From positions 1 through 64,000 of IMG/VR virus record IMGVR_UViG_3300020578_000017: a stretch of 64,000 nt of DNA. The stretch is one strand, 5' to 3'. This stretch comes from a virus. Shown in pieces: positions 38,168-46,836 of the stretch; the first letter of the stretch is position 1, and each line of letters starts with the position of its first letter. The position numbers and the translations under genes were made by a program. Under the pieces are notes generated by a model that ran no database searches, had not been told where the DNA came from, and worked only from the letters and a program-made list of their open reading frames with translations.

Positions 38168-38992
38168 CTACTCTAATTGAGATATTAGAGACTTAGCGAG
38201 TTTTTTAGTATAGAGACGAAGCGTAGACATAATGAAATTTTCACCATGTAGGGACCTTATGAAGTTTTTGTACTTCAAAATGGCTTCATCGTCATTTACA
38301 ACTTTTTTGACTCGCTTCTCTCTTTCTGTTCCCCAAGTTTCATTCGTATCTTGATCTAAGACTTTACTGGCAGTTCCCCACCTTACATTTCGTCTTAAGT
38401 TCTTATAGCCAAACTTGGTTCCCCAGCTTAAAAATTTACGGTCATCCTTAACTGTTCTTCCTTTACTTCCCCAGGTTTTTGCTGTTTTTGTGCTATCGAA
38501 AGAACGACCACCAGTTCCCCACCGACTAGCCTTTTCTCTAACATTAAAATTTGTCTTTTTAGGGGATTTTTTACCTCGCTCTATGGCTCTCTGCCTAAGA
38601 GTAGCGAGGTAGGAGTCTTGTCTTTTTGTGGCAGCTGGAGTTTTTACATCTCTTTTTTTTGGCACTAAGTATCTTAACTCAACACCACCTACTTTAGCAC
38701 TTAGTTTCTTAGAGTATAAAAGTTTTTTAGTTTTTCTCTCTCTTACAGTTTCTTTTTCTTCAATTACAAGTAACTGTTTTACAACAACAATGACTTTAAT
38801 TCTATTGTTGTTTACTACTTTTATAAGAAATTGAACTTGGTTTCTGTATTCAGGATAAGTTCTATATGTCTGGGATTGCTGCCAACTTCTTTTCAGGTCT
38901 CTGGAAAAAGTAATAAAAATTCTTCTAAACTGAGACACCGTAGGACCTTTAATTCGTGATAGTTTTTTAAGTCCTTGAGAAAACTTGAACAT
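38168..38992 (-). CDS. Very basic protein with five WG[T/S] repeats (neck/tail-completion position)
   Basis: RWGTG, TWGSK, SWGTK, RWGTA, TWGTE; K/R-rich. Confidence 0.7.
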   Translation of the reverse strand: MFKFSQGLKKLSRIKGPTVSQFRRIFITFSRDLKRSWQQSQTYRTYPEYRNQVQFLIKVVNNNRIKVIVVVKQLLVIEEKETVRERKTKKLLYSKKLSAKVGGVELRYLVPKKRDVKTPAATKRQDSYLATLRQRAIERGKKSPKKTNFNVREKASRWGTGGRSFDSTKTAKTWGSKGRTVKDDRKFLSWGTKFGYKNLRRNVRWGTASKVLDQDTNETWGTEREKRVKKVVNDDEAILKYKNFIRSLHGENFIMSTLRLYTKKLAKSLISQLE

Positions 38993-40213
38993 CTAGAATA
39001 AATCTTCCCAGACTTTTTTCCTTGCCTTTATGACTTCTGGCGTTACGGTAATGTCTGGGTCTTTATTTGGAGCTTGGACAAGGCTGGCTTTTAGCGGAAC
39101 AGAATACCTAATGTCACGAGAACCTATTAATGATAAGTTGAACCTTTGTTGTAATGGAGCTCCACTAACGGTTGTAAGATTTACAGCACCAATAGAAAAT
39201 CTATCACCATTCTTCCTGACAATAAAATCTCGCTGTGAAATTAAAGGTGTTGCACCAGTCCAGGCTTCAAAGGTAAAAGTCGGCTTTAATCCCTCTGGGG
39301 TAGCCTCAAGACTCTTAGACTCATCTGGAGGCGCAATCAATATATCGTAAGGTCCTGTGTACCCGCCAATATACCCCGTACCAAAACATATTGTGCAATC
39401 ATTCAGCGTTGACTTATGAGTTGGGCTATTATTATGGCATTCAGAACCAGACCATTTACGTAAAAATAACTTTACTCTCTCGCCACCCTGCTCAAGAATA
39501 AAATTGTTCCTATTCATGGCCTCCTTCCAATAAGGCTCTGCTTCAGTCATTTCTTCAAGTCTGACCATAACTGCTGCCGCCAAGGGAGTTTCTTTAATCT
39601 CTGATGTTGCAGTGTCTTCACCTACTGTAGTGAGCTTATAATAAAGCCTTCTATTGAGATTTGTCTGAACAAAGTTGGTGACCGAATAGTAAGAGCAAGT
39701 AACTTGACTTCCTGTTTGCGGTAATATGGCTGGAATTGATATATGCGAGACTGGATCGTATACTTTTTTTGTGTTAAGCCAAACTAATGATTTTGCACCA
39801 TCGGCTTTAAATGGTGCTATACTCTGTCCGTCTATATTAACTGTAATCTCTTGACCTTCACTGTACTGTAGATATATCTGGTCATTGAGCACAGGCTTGC
39901 CTGATGTCCTAAAAATCCACTCTTTCTTTGGATTAGTACCACGAGTTGTAAAAGAGTCGGAAACATTTTCTGTGACTAGCTCTATTTTATGGGCGTCCCT
40001 AAAATATCCAACATCAATTGGATCTGTATTTACTTTTGTGTATACACCATTCGGGTCATCATAGGCTCTATAAATATTGACCCCAACAATATTGAAGCCA
40101 TAGTTTGATGCATCAAGCTTTGGGTCACCGAATGCAATATCGATAGCAAACTGAACCCCTGGGTTATATATGCTTGCCTCAGGGGGGCTTTTAGGGAATC
40201 CATATCCGCTCAT
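38993..40213 (-). CDS. Neck/head-closure protein with zinc finger
   Basis: GERVKLFLRKWSGSEC...CTICFGTGYIGGY...AWTGATPLISQRDFIV..GDRFSI, plus an Ig-like insert. Confidence 0.65.
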   Translation of the reverse strand: MSGYGFPKSPPEASIYNPGVQFAIDIAFGDPKLDASNYGFNIVGVNIYRAYDDPNGVYTKVNTDPIDVGYFRDAHKIELVTENVSDSFTTRGTNPKKEWIFRTSGKPVLNDQIYLQYSEGQEITVNIDGQSIAPFKADGAKSLVWLNTKKVYDPVSHISIPAILPQTGSQVTCSYYSVTNFVQTNLNRRLYYKLTTVGEDTATSEIKETPLAAAVMVRLEEMTEAEPYWKEAMNRNNFILEQGGERVKLFLRKWSGSECHNNSPTHKSTLNDCTICFGTGYIGGYTGPYDILIAPPDESKSLEATPEGLKPTFTFEAWTGATPLISQRDFIVRKNGDRFSIGAVNLTTVSGAPLQQRFNLSLIGSRDIRYSVPLKASLVQAPNKDPDITVTPEVIKARKKVWEDLF

Positions 40214-40216
40214 AAA

Positions 40217-40591
40217 TTAGACTTCGCTATCTAAGCTTTCTAAATCAAAAGCTACAGCTCCTGTTTCTCGATTAATCTTAAACGGATGATTGGCAGGAAT
40301 ACCGTACTTAAGCATGACTTCTTGAAGTAGGTTGTTTTTTAAGTTTCTAGCAGAAGCCAATTGCTCAATAAAATATGCCTTACGCTCCTCAAGCATACCA
40401 ATCTCATAAAGAAAGTTTTTAATCTGAACATCGGCGCTATTCAAAGCACCGAGGTCAGAAGACTCTACTACTGGAGATTTCGTAGGGGCTTGAAGTCTAC
40501 CTGCTCGGTAGTCCTCAAGTAGCTTAAGCTCTTCAGCTGAAAGCTGATCATTTTCTGATTGCTGCAACGTTTTCTTACCTCTAGATGACAC
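40217..40591 (-). CDS. Small coiled-coil protein (paralog of 41828-42154)
   Basis: KYGIPANHPFKINRETGAV. Confidence 0.7.
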   Translation of the reverse strand: MSSRGKKTLQQSENDQLSAEELKLLEDYRAGRLQAPTKSPVVESSDLGALNSADVQIKNFLYEIGMLEERKAYFIEQLASARNLKNNLLQEVMLKYGIPANHPFKINRETGAVAFDLESLDSEV

Positions 40592-41492
40592 CGAAACCTC
40601 TACTTACCAAGTTGCGAATAGACATGACGCCGGGTGCAGAACCAGGACCAAGATACCCGCTCTGGTATCCTGTGGTGAACCTGGCTTGACGAAGACCCTT
40701 AGTATATTTTAGTGTAGCCTTGGCTTGTTCAATCATAGTATTTAACTGCTGCTCTAATGCGTCTCTCATAGCTTGGTATTTTGATGATTTTTCTAAGTCA
40801 AGCTGAACACCGCCAATCGAGTAACCGAACTCATCAGCAATCCAGTTAAGAGCTACTGCCTCAATAGCTAGAACAGCAGCACCAATAATAACCATAATAC
40901 GCCAAGATCGTTGTTTTCCGCCATCAAGATTATCTAACTTGAGGTTAGTTGCGGGTGGGTATAGGTTTATCCAATCTATCGCTAGATGGAGAAAGTCTAT
41001 AAGCTCTTCATCCTCCCAGATGAATCCAAACTGTGTGGTATAGTTTTTTACGCGATTCTTTTTTTGAGGCGGCATAAAGTGATAATTTCTTTCAGGATTA
41101 TTATCTCTTAAAACATGCCTAAGTTTTCTCAGTAAATCTTTTTCAAAATCAGTGTATTCTGGTTGGTCAACTTGAACACAAAAATCTTCAACAGAAAATC
41201 TCTCTTCTCTGTACTGTGGATCGTTTCCTGCGTACTCTATGATCTTCCAGGATATAAAGTGTTCGCCTGTCTCCCAATCTTCTCCTACTGTGAAGTTGGC
41301 ATAGTATTCACCTACTTTAACTCTAGTGGCATCGAAATCTTCAATAATTACCGTGCTGGCCCCACCTATAGTCGTTCTGTAAATAGTAAAAGTTAAACTG
41401 TAAACGTCAGTATAAATGCCTTTTATAGTTCGAATGTTAATGTTTAAATCTGTTGGCCCCAAAGACTGACCACGGTTAAAAGCAATTCTCAC
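40581..41492 (-). CDS. Head-tail adaptor with N-terminal Ig-like domain
   Basis: LRHVLRD...FIWEDEELIDFL..AIDWINLYPP..EFGYSIGGVQLDLEKSSKYQ is adaptor-like. Confidence 0.65.
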   Translation of the reverse strand: MRIAFNRGQSLGPTDLNINIRTIKGIYTDVYSLTFTIYRTTIGGASTVIIEDFDATRVKVGEYYANFTVGEDWETGEHFISWKIIEYAGNDPQYREERFSVEDFCVQVDQPEYTDFEKDLLRKLRHVLRDNNPERNYHFMPPQKKNRVKNYTTQFGFIWEDEELIDFLHLAIDWINLYPPATNLKLDNLDGGKQRSWRIMVIIGAAVLAIEAVALNWIADEFGYSIGGVQLDLEKSSKYQAMRDALEQQLNTMIEQAKATLKYTKGLRQARFTTGYQSGYLGPGSAPGVMSIRNLVSRGFGVI

Positions 41493-41495
41493 TTT

Positions 41496-41822
41496 TTAGC
41501 ACCTTTTAAGCTTTTTAACATTAAACTTATTTTCTATAGCATATCTATTCGTTAAGTTGTCTTTTTTAATATTCCATCGAATAGTATAAGTGCCAATGGG
41601 AGCGTCAACCGGTACCTTTACTGGAGCATAGTATTGACCAACACCAAACCTAACAGCATCCTGTGTCTCCATTGAGGCCATGGGCTGCTGTTCGCAATCA
41701 TTATTGTAAAAAATCTCATATTCGATTTCAAGAACATCAGTATACACACCTAATCCGTCTCTAATGATGACGAATAAGTCTTTTGAACCTAGCTCCTGAC
41801 CTCTCTCGTATGAGATTGCCAC
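41496..41822 (-). CDS. Small Ig-like virion protein (paralog of adaptor N-terminal domain)
   Basis: RGQELGSKDL..GVYTDV..GVGQYYA..IGTYTIRW. Confidence 0.65.
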   Translation of the reverse strand: MAISYERGQELGSKDLFVIIRDGLGVYTDVLEIEYEIFYNNDCEQQPMASMETQDAVRFGVGQYYAPVKVPVDAPIGTYTIRWNIKKDNLTNRYAIENKFNVKKLKRC

Positions 41823-41827
41823 TTTTA

Positions 41828-42154
41828 TTACCCGCGCTCAGGTGTTATAACGATCTTACCTGTTGAAAGATTGATCTGCCAATCCCTGTTTCCAGGAATT
41901 TCATACTTGACTGCCATTCTTCTGACAGAAGCTTGACGCGCCTCTTCTGCATTTTCTAGCTCCTCAAGAGCTAGCTTCTGTAGCTTTGCCGCAGTAGCAA
42001 CAGCATTTGTGGCACGGGTAACCGCTGTCTCTGAATCTTTAATGTCCTCAAGATCATGTTCTTCAATCGTAATCTCTATGGTAGAGAAAACCTCATCAGC
42101 ATCAACGACAATAATTTCCTCGTCGTCAATAATTTCTACATTATGTTCGTCCAT
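41828..42154 (-). CDS. Small coiled-coil protein (paralog of 40217-40591)
   Basis: KYEIPGNRDWQINLSTGKI. Confidence 0.7.
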   Translation of the reverse strand: MDEHNVEIIDDEEIIVVDADEVFSTIEITIEEHDLEDIKDSETAVTRATNAVATAAKLQKLALEELENAEEARQASVRRMAVKYEIPGNRDWQINLSTGKIVITPERG

Positions 42155-42168
42155 TTTTTTGACCTTTC

Positions 42169-42513
42169 TTATAACTTATAGATAATAACGACAATAATCT
42201 CTTCGGGACTTGGAGGAGGCAAAATCTCTGAGAATGTGAAATAAGTAGCCCCTGACCCACGTACTGGAGATTCAAAAAAATCTAAACCAGCGACTTGATA
42301 CTGACCATTTCTGTAAATATCAATCCAGTGGCCTTCACCAGTGACCCCTGAACTTCTTACTCCATAGTTTGAAAAATAACTAGATACCGGAACTAATAAC
42401 TCTAGTAAATTAATAGTGTGAGAGTTGGTCCCGTAACCATATCCTTCGGCAAGAGATAGCGGAGTGCCGCCACCTCCCCCTAAGGTTGGTTTTCTGATAA
42501 TCCCAATTGGCAT
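42169..42513 (-). CDS. Small virion protein, Ig-like (IDIYRNGQYQVAGLDF)
   Basis: The motif resembles the C-terminal domain of the fibre gene (LEVYLNGQLI). Confidence 0.55.
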   Translation of the reverse strand: MPIGIIRKPTLGGGGGTPLSLAEGYGYGTNSHTINLLELLVPVSSYFSNYGVRSSGVTGEGHWIDIYRNGQYQVAGLDFFESPVRGSGATYFTFSEILPPPSPEEIIVVIIYKL

Positions 42514-42518
42514 TACTT

Positions 42519-42863
42519 TTACCGAACAGTTGATATGTTTAGCCCGTCTAGGCTAGTTGGGAATACAACCTGAAAACTATCTTCAATAAAAGCGTCTTCC
42601 AGGTCTCTTAAGTCTGTAGCTTTATATATTACTAAATAATCTTTACTTACATCAAAAACCGTAGAGTCCATAAGAAGAGGATATCTGTAAATTCCCTTAC
42701 CTATTCTATTCATCGGAACATCTTGAAGATCGAACACCTTTACATCGCTTTCAAAATGAATGATCGTGACAGTTGGATTACTGACCTCAAGCAAATTTCT
42801 ATCACCATCTAGCCAAATGGCTGAAAAGTTATGAATAGTATTTGCGTATATAATAAATGCCAA
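42519..42863 (-). CDS. Small Ig-like virion protein
   Basis: PMNRIGKGIYRY..DYLVIYKA..EDSFQV, similar to the neighbouring Ig-like genes. Confidence 0.55.
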   Translation of the reverse strand: MAFIIYANTIHNFSAIWLDGDRNLLEVSNPTVTIIHFESDVKVFDLQDVPMNRIGKGIYRYPLLMDSTVFDVSKDYLVIYKATDLRDLEDAFIEDSFQVVFPTSLDGLNISTVR

Positions 42864-42925
42864 AGCTTAAGCCCTATCAATAATGAATGATATGGAAATT
42901 CTCATAAGATATGAGATATTAATCA

Positions 42926-44014
42926 TCAACCAAAGATGCTAAGCTCATGCTCTGGGCTATATAGATTGTCTGATAGTGCTTTTGATCTCGTAGTACCTAA
43001 GAGGTGAACCTGAGTACCCCTCTTAGCAGATAGGCTAAAATCTGTTGATACTTTACGCATACTACAATCTTCTAGCATTGCAATAGCACCTGAATCAATG
43101 TCAATATCTACTTTTTTATTATTAACTAAGTCAACGTTATGTAAGTCAATCTTTGCGGACTTAAGTCCTAAAAACCCAAGAGTATTATTAGACACAAGAG
43201 AACTCTTAACTTCATTTCTGCTAGAAATGGTAGCTAGCTCAACCCTGGCTACACTATCATTTTCAGTTACAACTGAGCTTGTGAAATCAATAATACTATT
43301 ATTCTTGGACTCAAATGCCAAATTATTTGATGATACTTTAGCACTTACTAATGACACATTCGATAACGAATCTGCACTAACCGCTACATTATTTGCCTCA
43401 AAGAAACTCTCTCTGATATCAGCGGTAGATGTATTTACTGCCCTTACGCCAATTTTATTGTTTAAGAAAATACAGCTATTTAATGTGTAAGTAGACGCTT
43501 GATTAGATAAAGAAAGAGCAATATAGTTATCTCTTAGAACACATTTGTTCATATCAATCTTTGCTGAGTTTATAACTTTTACAGCTTCTCCGCGATAACC
43601 TTGGATCGTAATGTCCCTGATGCATACTCCTTGAGCAAAATCAACAATTACGCAGTGCTCTAGGCTATTGTCCCCAGAAAGAACTACAGTAGCGCTGTCC
43701 TGTGGCTTAATGATGATAAACCCATTAGCGCCTAATACATGTTGATTGAATTTAACTGTCTCTGTATATATGCCCTTAGCTAACCTTATCTCTACTGGAT
43801 GATTGATGAAAATAGGTAGGCTATCAACAGCTGCTTGGATAGACTTTTTAGGTGCTAACTTGTCTCCTAAAAACATATCATCACCATTTACAAGATCAAC
43901 ATAAACAGAATAATCTGAAGTAGTGGTGGTTGCTTTACCCTTTAATTCAACAGTTAGGCCCTCTACGTGGTCCTGGGTGATTGCGAGTATCTGATTAGCT
44001 CTAATCCTAGCCAT
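42926..44014 (-). CDS. Right-handed parallel beta-helix (pectin-lyase-like) virion protein
   Basis: VYVDLVNGDD...PKKSIQAAVD..IRLAKGIYTE entry motif followed by regular NN-x-x-[G/A] coils. Confidence 0.8.
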   Translation of the reverse strand: MARIRANQILAITQDHVEGLTVELKGKATTTTSDYSVYVDLVNGDDMFLGDKLAPKKSIQAAVDSLPIFINHPVEIRLAKGIYTETVKFNQHVLGANGFIIIKPQDSATVVLSGDNSLEHCVIVDFAQGVCIRDITIQGYRGEAVKVINSAKIDMNKCVLRDNYIALSLSNQASTYTLNSCIFLNNKIGVRAVNTSTADIRESFFEANNVAVSADSLSNVSLVSAKVSSNNLAFESKNNSIIDFTSSVVTENDSVARVELATISSRNEVKSSLVSNNTLGFLGLKSAKIDLHNVDLVNNKKVDIDIDSGAIAMLEDCSMRKVSTDFSLSAKRGTQVHLLGTTRSKALSDNLYSPEHELSIFG

Positions 44015-44058
44015 ATTTATATTTATACCGTTTTGAGTAGGTTACTAGAGTATTATAG

Positions 44059-44100
44059 TTAAAAAGCCCGAGGGGGGCAAGAAAAATCTTGCCCCCCTCC
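44059..44100 (-). terminator. Intrinsic terminator after fibre gene
   Basis: Minus strand GAGGGGGGCAAGA-TTTT-TCTTGCCCCCCTC then GGGCTTTTT. Confidence 0.75.
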
Positions 44101-44131
44101 TACCACTTAAGATAGTAAGGTTTTATATTCG

Positions 44132-46174
44132 TTAGATGTTGGTAGACTTGGCGAAGTAACGAATATAGATATGGTCGCCGACGATAGAACCGTAAACCTT
44201 AACGACGCGGCTCTCACGAGTAAAGGTGAACTGGGGCATTTCTGCACCAGAGTTGCCTTCTTCGATTAGCTGACCGTTTAGGTATACTTCTAGGTCGGAA
44301 TCAGAAGCAGCGCCTGCGGAAGGAACAGCGAAATTCGCTTGGTTGTAGTAGTAGCCAGAAGCTAATACGACTTCATCGTTAGAATCATCAGCAATAACTG
44401 CCTTAGCCTTAGGCTCCTTGATACCTAGAGAGCCTAGGGCGTGGCTGTGTAGTGCGTCTGCACCAGAGATGACAGAATCGTTGACTAGCTTAGCTAGGTC
44501 GGAACCTAGGGCTGTGTCACCAGCGAAGGAGAAGCTGGCATCTGCATCAACGCTGAAGCTGGCGCCAGCTTGCATAGAAATGCTTGCACCAGACTCAACT
44601 ACCATTGAACCATGACCTTTTTGAACATTGCTCTTTAGGATTAGGTCGCCACCCTCGTCGATGGTTAGGTTTGCACCGGAAACCATGGTGACAGAAGACT
44701 TTAGGCTGCTGTTGCCATCGAAACCTAGTGCAACGGTGTTACCTAGAACGTAAATGTTCTGACCAGCCTGTAGGGTACCTGCACCGGAGAACTGGACGAA
44801 GTTTAGGTCATCGCCAGCGTCAGCAATGGCTAATGCAGAGATTGAGGAATTTAGTACCCAAGAAGTGTTGGACTGATCGGTACCATTCTTAACAAAGCAG
44901 TAAGTACCACGGGGTAGCTCACCGACAATGTTAGCATCCTCATCACGCTCAAGAACCCAGGCGGAAGAAACGCTACCCTTATCGATAACGATATAGATGC
45001 CGTTGAACTTGGCAAGAGCCTCGTCCTTGATTAGGACGCGATCACCATTATCAACAGAGTAACCATCAAGTACTAAAGCGCCGTTGTTCTCAGCGGTTAG
45101 CTTGGTGTGCTTGATTCCATGGCTGTTGTTAGAAGCGCTCTCAGAAGCATTGTTGGCAGGTAGAGCAACCTTAGAAGCAGCCCAGACCATCTCCTTAACG
45201 GTTAGACCCTGAGCAACGTGGTCAACATACTGCTTGGTGGCAGCTTGTAGAGCAGAAGCAGGATCTTGAGCTAAGGTTACGGTTGATTGGAAGGTAGCTG
45301 CACCCTTCTGTAGCATAGTGCTTTCCATGGTGATAGCACCGGTTACCTGGACTGCGCCAGCGAACTGAGCTAAACCACCAACGTTTAGAGTGCTCTTTAG
45401 AGCAGAAGCGCCAGTGACAACGACAGAGCTAGCAAACTGAGCCGCACCAGCAACGTCTAAGGTGCTCTCTAGAACAGAAGCGCCAGTGATCTGAACGTTA
45501 TTAGCGAACTGAGCTAAACCAGCAACGTCTAGAGTGCTCTTTAGAATAGAAGCACCAGTGATCTGAACGTTATTAGCGAACTGAGCTAAACCAGCAACGT
45601 CTAAGGTGCTCTTTAGCATAGAAGCGCCAGTGACGCTAACGGAGCTAGCAAGCTGAGCCGCGCCAGCAACGTCTAGAGTGCTCTGTAGAATAGAAGCACC
45701 AGTGATCTGAACGTTATTAGCGAACTGAGCTAAACCGACAACGTCTAAGGTGCTCTTTAGAGCAGAAGCGCCAGTGACAACGACAGAGCTAGCAAACTGA
45801 GCCGCACCAGCAACGTCTAAGAGGCTCTCTAGAATAGAAGCGCCGGTAACGGTTAAAGCGCCACCAACTTGTAGGGCGGCCTTCATCTGAGCGTTGCCGC
45901 TTGCGATTAAGGTGCCACCGATTAGAGCATTGCCAGTGATGCTGGCTTCTTGACCAACATATAAACCACTAGCAATATGAACATTGGCTAAGAAATCAGC
46001 GCCAGAACGTACACTTAAAGTACCTGATAAAGTAGCGCCGCTAGAGACGGTTAAAGAACCGCTTAGCGCAGTGCCACTTGCGACAGAGAAGGTGCCTCTG
46101 ATCGCAATGTTGTTCTCTAAGTGACGTGAAGCAATTGCTCCACTGGCGATTTGGAAACCCCTAAATTGTCCCAT
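44132..46174 (-). CDS. Head/tail fibre protein with beta-solenoid repeats
   Basis: 24-aa repeats; AATKQYVD; LDGYSVDNGDRVLIKDE..FNGIYIV fibre module; GAGG RBS. Confidence 0.75.
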   Translation of the reverse strand: MGQFRGFQIASGAIASRHLENNIAIRGTFSVASGTALSGSLTVSSGATLSGTLSVRSGADFLANVHIASGLYVGQEASITGNALIGGTLIASGNAQMKAALQVGGALTVTGASILESLLDVAGAAQFASSVVVTGASALKSTLDVVGLAQFANNVQITGASILQSTLDVAGAAQLASSVSVTGASMLKSTLDVAGLAQFANNVQITGASILKSTLDVAGLAQFANNVQITGASVLESTLDVAGAAQFASSVVVTGASALKSTLNVGGLAQFAGAVQVTGAITMESTMLQKGAATFQSTVTLAQDPASALQAATKQYVDHVAQGLTVKEMVWAASKVALPANNASESASNNSHGIKHTKLTAENNGALVLDGYSVDNGDRVLIKDEALAKFNGIYIVIDKGSVSSAWVLERDEDANIVGELPRGTYCFVKNGTDQSNTSWVLNSSISALAIADAGDDLNFVQFSGAGTLQAGQNIYVLGNTVALGFDGNSSLKSSVTMVSGANLTIDEGGDLILKSNVQKGHGSMVVESGASISMQAGASFSVDADASFSFAGDTALGSDLAKLVNDSVISGADALHSHALGSLGIKEPKAKAVIADDSNDEVVLASGYYYNQANFAVPSAGAASDSDLEVYLNGQLIEEGNSGAEMPQFTFTRESRVVKVYGSIVGDHIYIRYFAKSTNI
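45317..45820 (-). repeat. Seven tandem 72-bp (24-aa) repeats in fibre gene
   Basis: Two unit types, LDVAGAAQFASSVVVTGASALKST and LDVAGLAQFANNVQITGASILKST; near-identical DNA at 360-bp offset (45390-45461 vs 45750-45821). Confidence 0.9.
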
Positions 46175-46232
46175 TTAATCACCCTCACTAAGTAATGCCG
46201 ACATTTAATCTGCGTCTAAAATATACAAACGA

Positions 46233-46502
46233 TTAACTATGTAAAAGAGACTTTAAGCTTTGGACTCTATCTGCATAGCTTAAAGCATCAACTTTTGACC
46301 TTCGTCCAAAATATTCATTTCTTAGCTGACTTATTCCGCCTAAATCATGAAATACAAAAAAGAACCTTGACTTATCTTTCCTGGTTTTTACCATGTCGCA
46401 TCCTGCACACTGAAGAAATGCAGCAAAGTACAAATCGCAGGTTTCGTATTCTTTTTCTTGAAGACTTGGGGCTTCCATACTATTATCCTTTAAATTTATC
46501 AT
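46233..46502 (-). CDS. Small DUF5659-like protein
   Basis: YETCDLYFAAFL..G...FFVF...LKSLL pattern. Confidence 0.55.
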   Translation of the reverse strand: MINLKDNSMEAPSLQEKEYETCDLYFAAFLQCAGCDMVKTRKDKSRFFFVFHDLGGISQLRNEYFGRRSKVDALSYADRVQSLKSLLHS

Positions 46503-46836
46503 AAGAAGCTGTATTATACCCTCTTTCTTTTGCTAGCTTCTTCGCATCGGACCAAGAAGATACAATCTCACCATTGACATTAGGTAAAACTTTATCTGAC
46601 TTGTGCTCTACTCTTTGCTTTCTATCTAGCAATAAAGAGTTTTTTGTTCTTAACTCTTTTTCCTTCAGTAACTTACCTGTCCAGTTATCTCCCTTAAGAT
46701 GGATATTTGGATTACCTATTAATTTCTGTAAGAAGTTTGAGCAACTATCGCAAGAAAATACTGGTCTTTCTTTTATTGAGTGCGATACCTCACAGTAAGT
46801 ATCGCACTCCTTGCAATATAAAGTATATTTAGGCAT
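46483..46836 (-). CDS. FmdB-like zinc-ribbon protein
   Basis: MPKYTLYCKECD..HSI..CDSC..LQKLI..LKGDNW. Confidence 0.75.
   Translation of the reverse strand: MPKYTLYCKECDTYCEVSHSIKERPVFSCDSCSNFLQKLIGNPNIHLKGDNWTGKLLKEKELRTKNSLLLDRKQRVEHKSDKVLPNVNGEIVSSWSDAKKLAKERGYNTASYDKFKG

Noticed and set aside
45317-45820. CRISPR array or DGR template/variable repeat
   Set aside because: The repeats are in-frame coding units without unique spacers, differences are not evidently adenine-specific, and no reverse transcriptase or cas gene is present.
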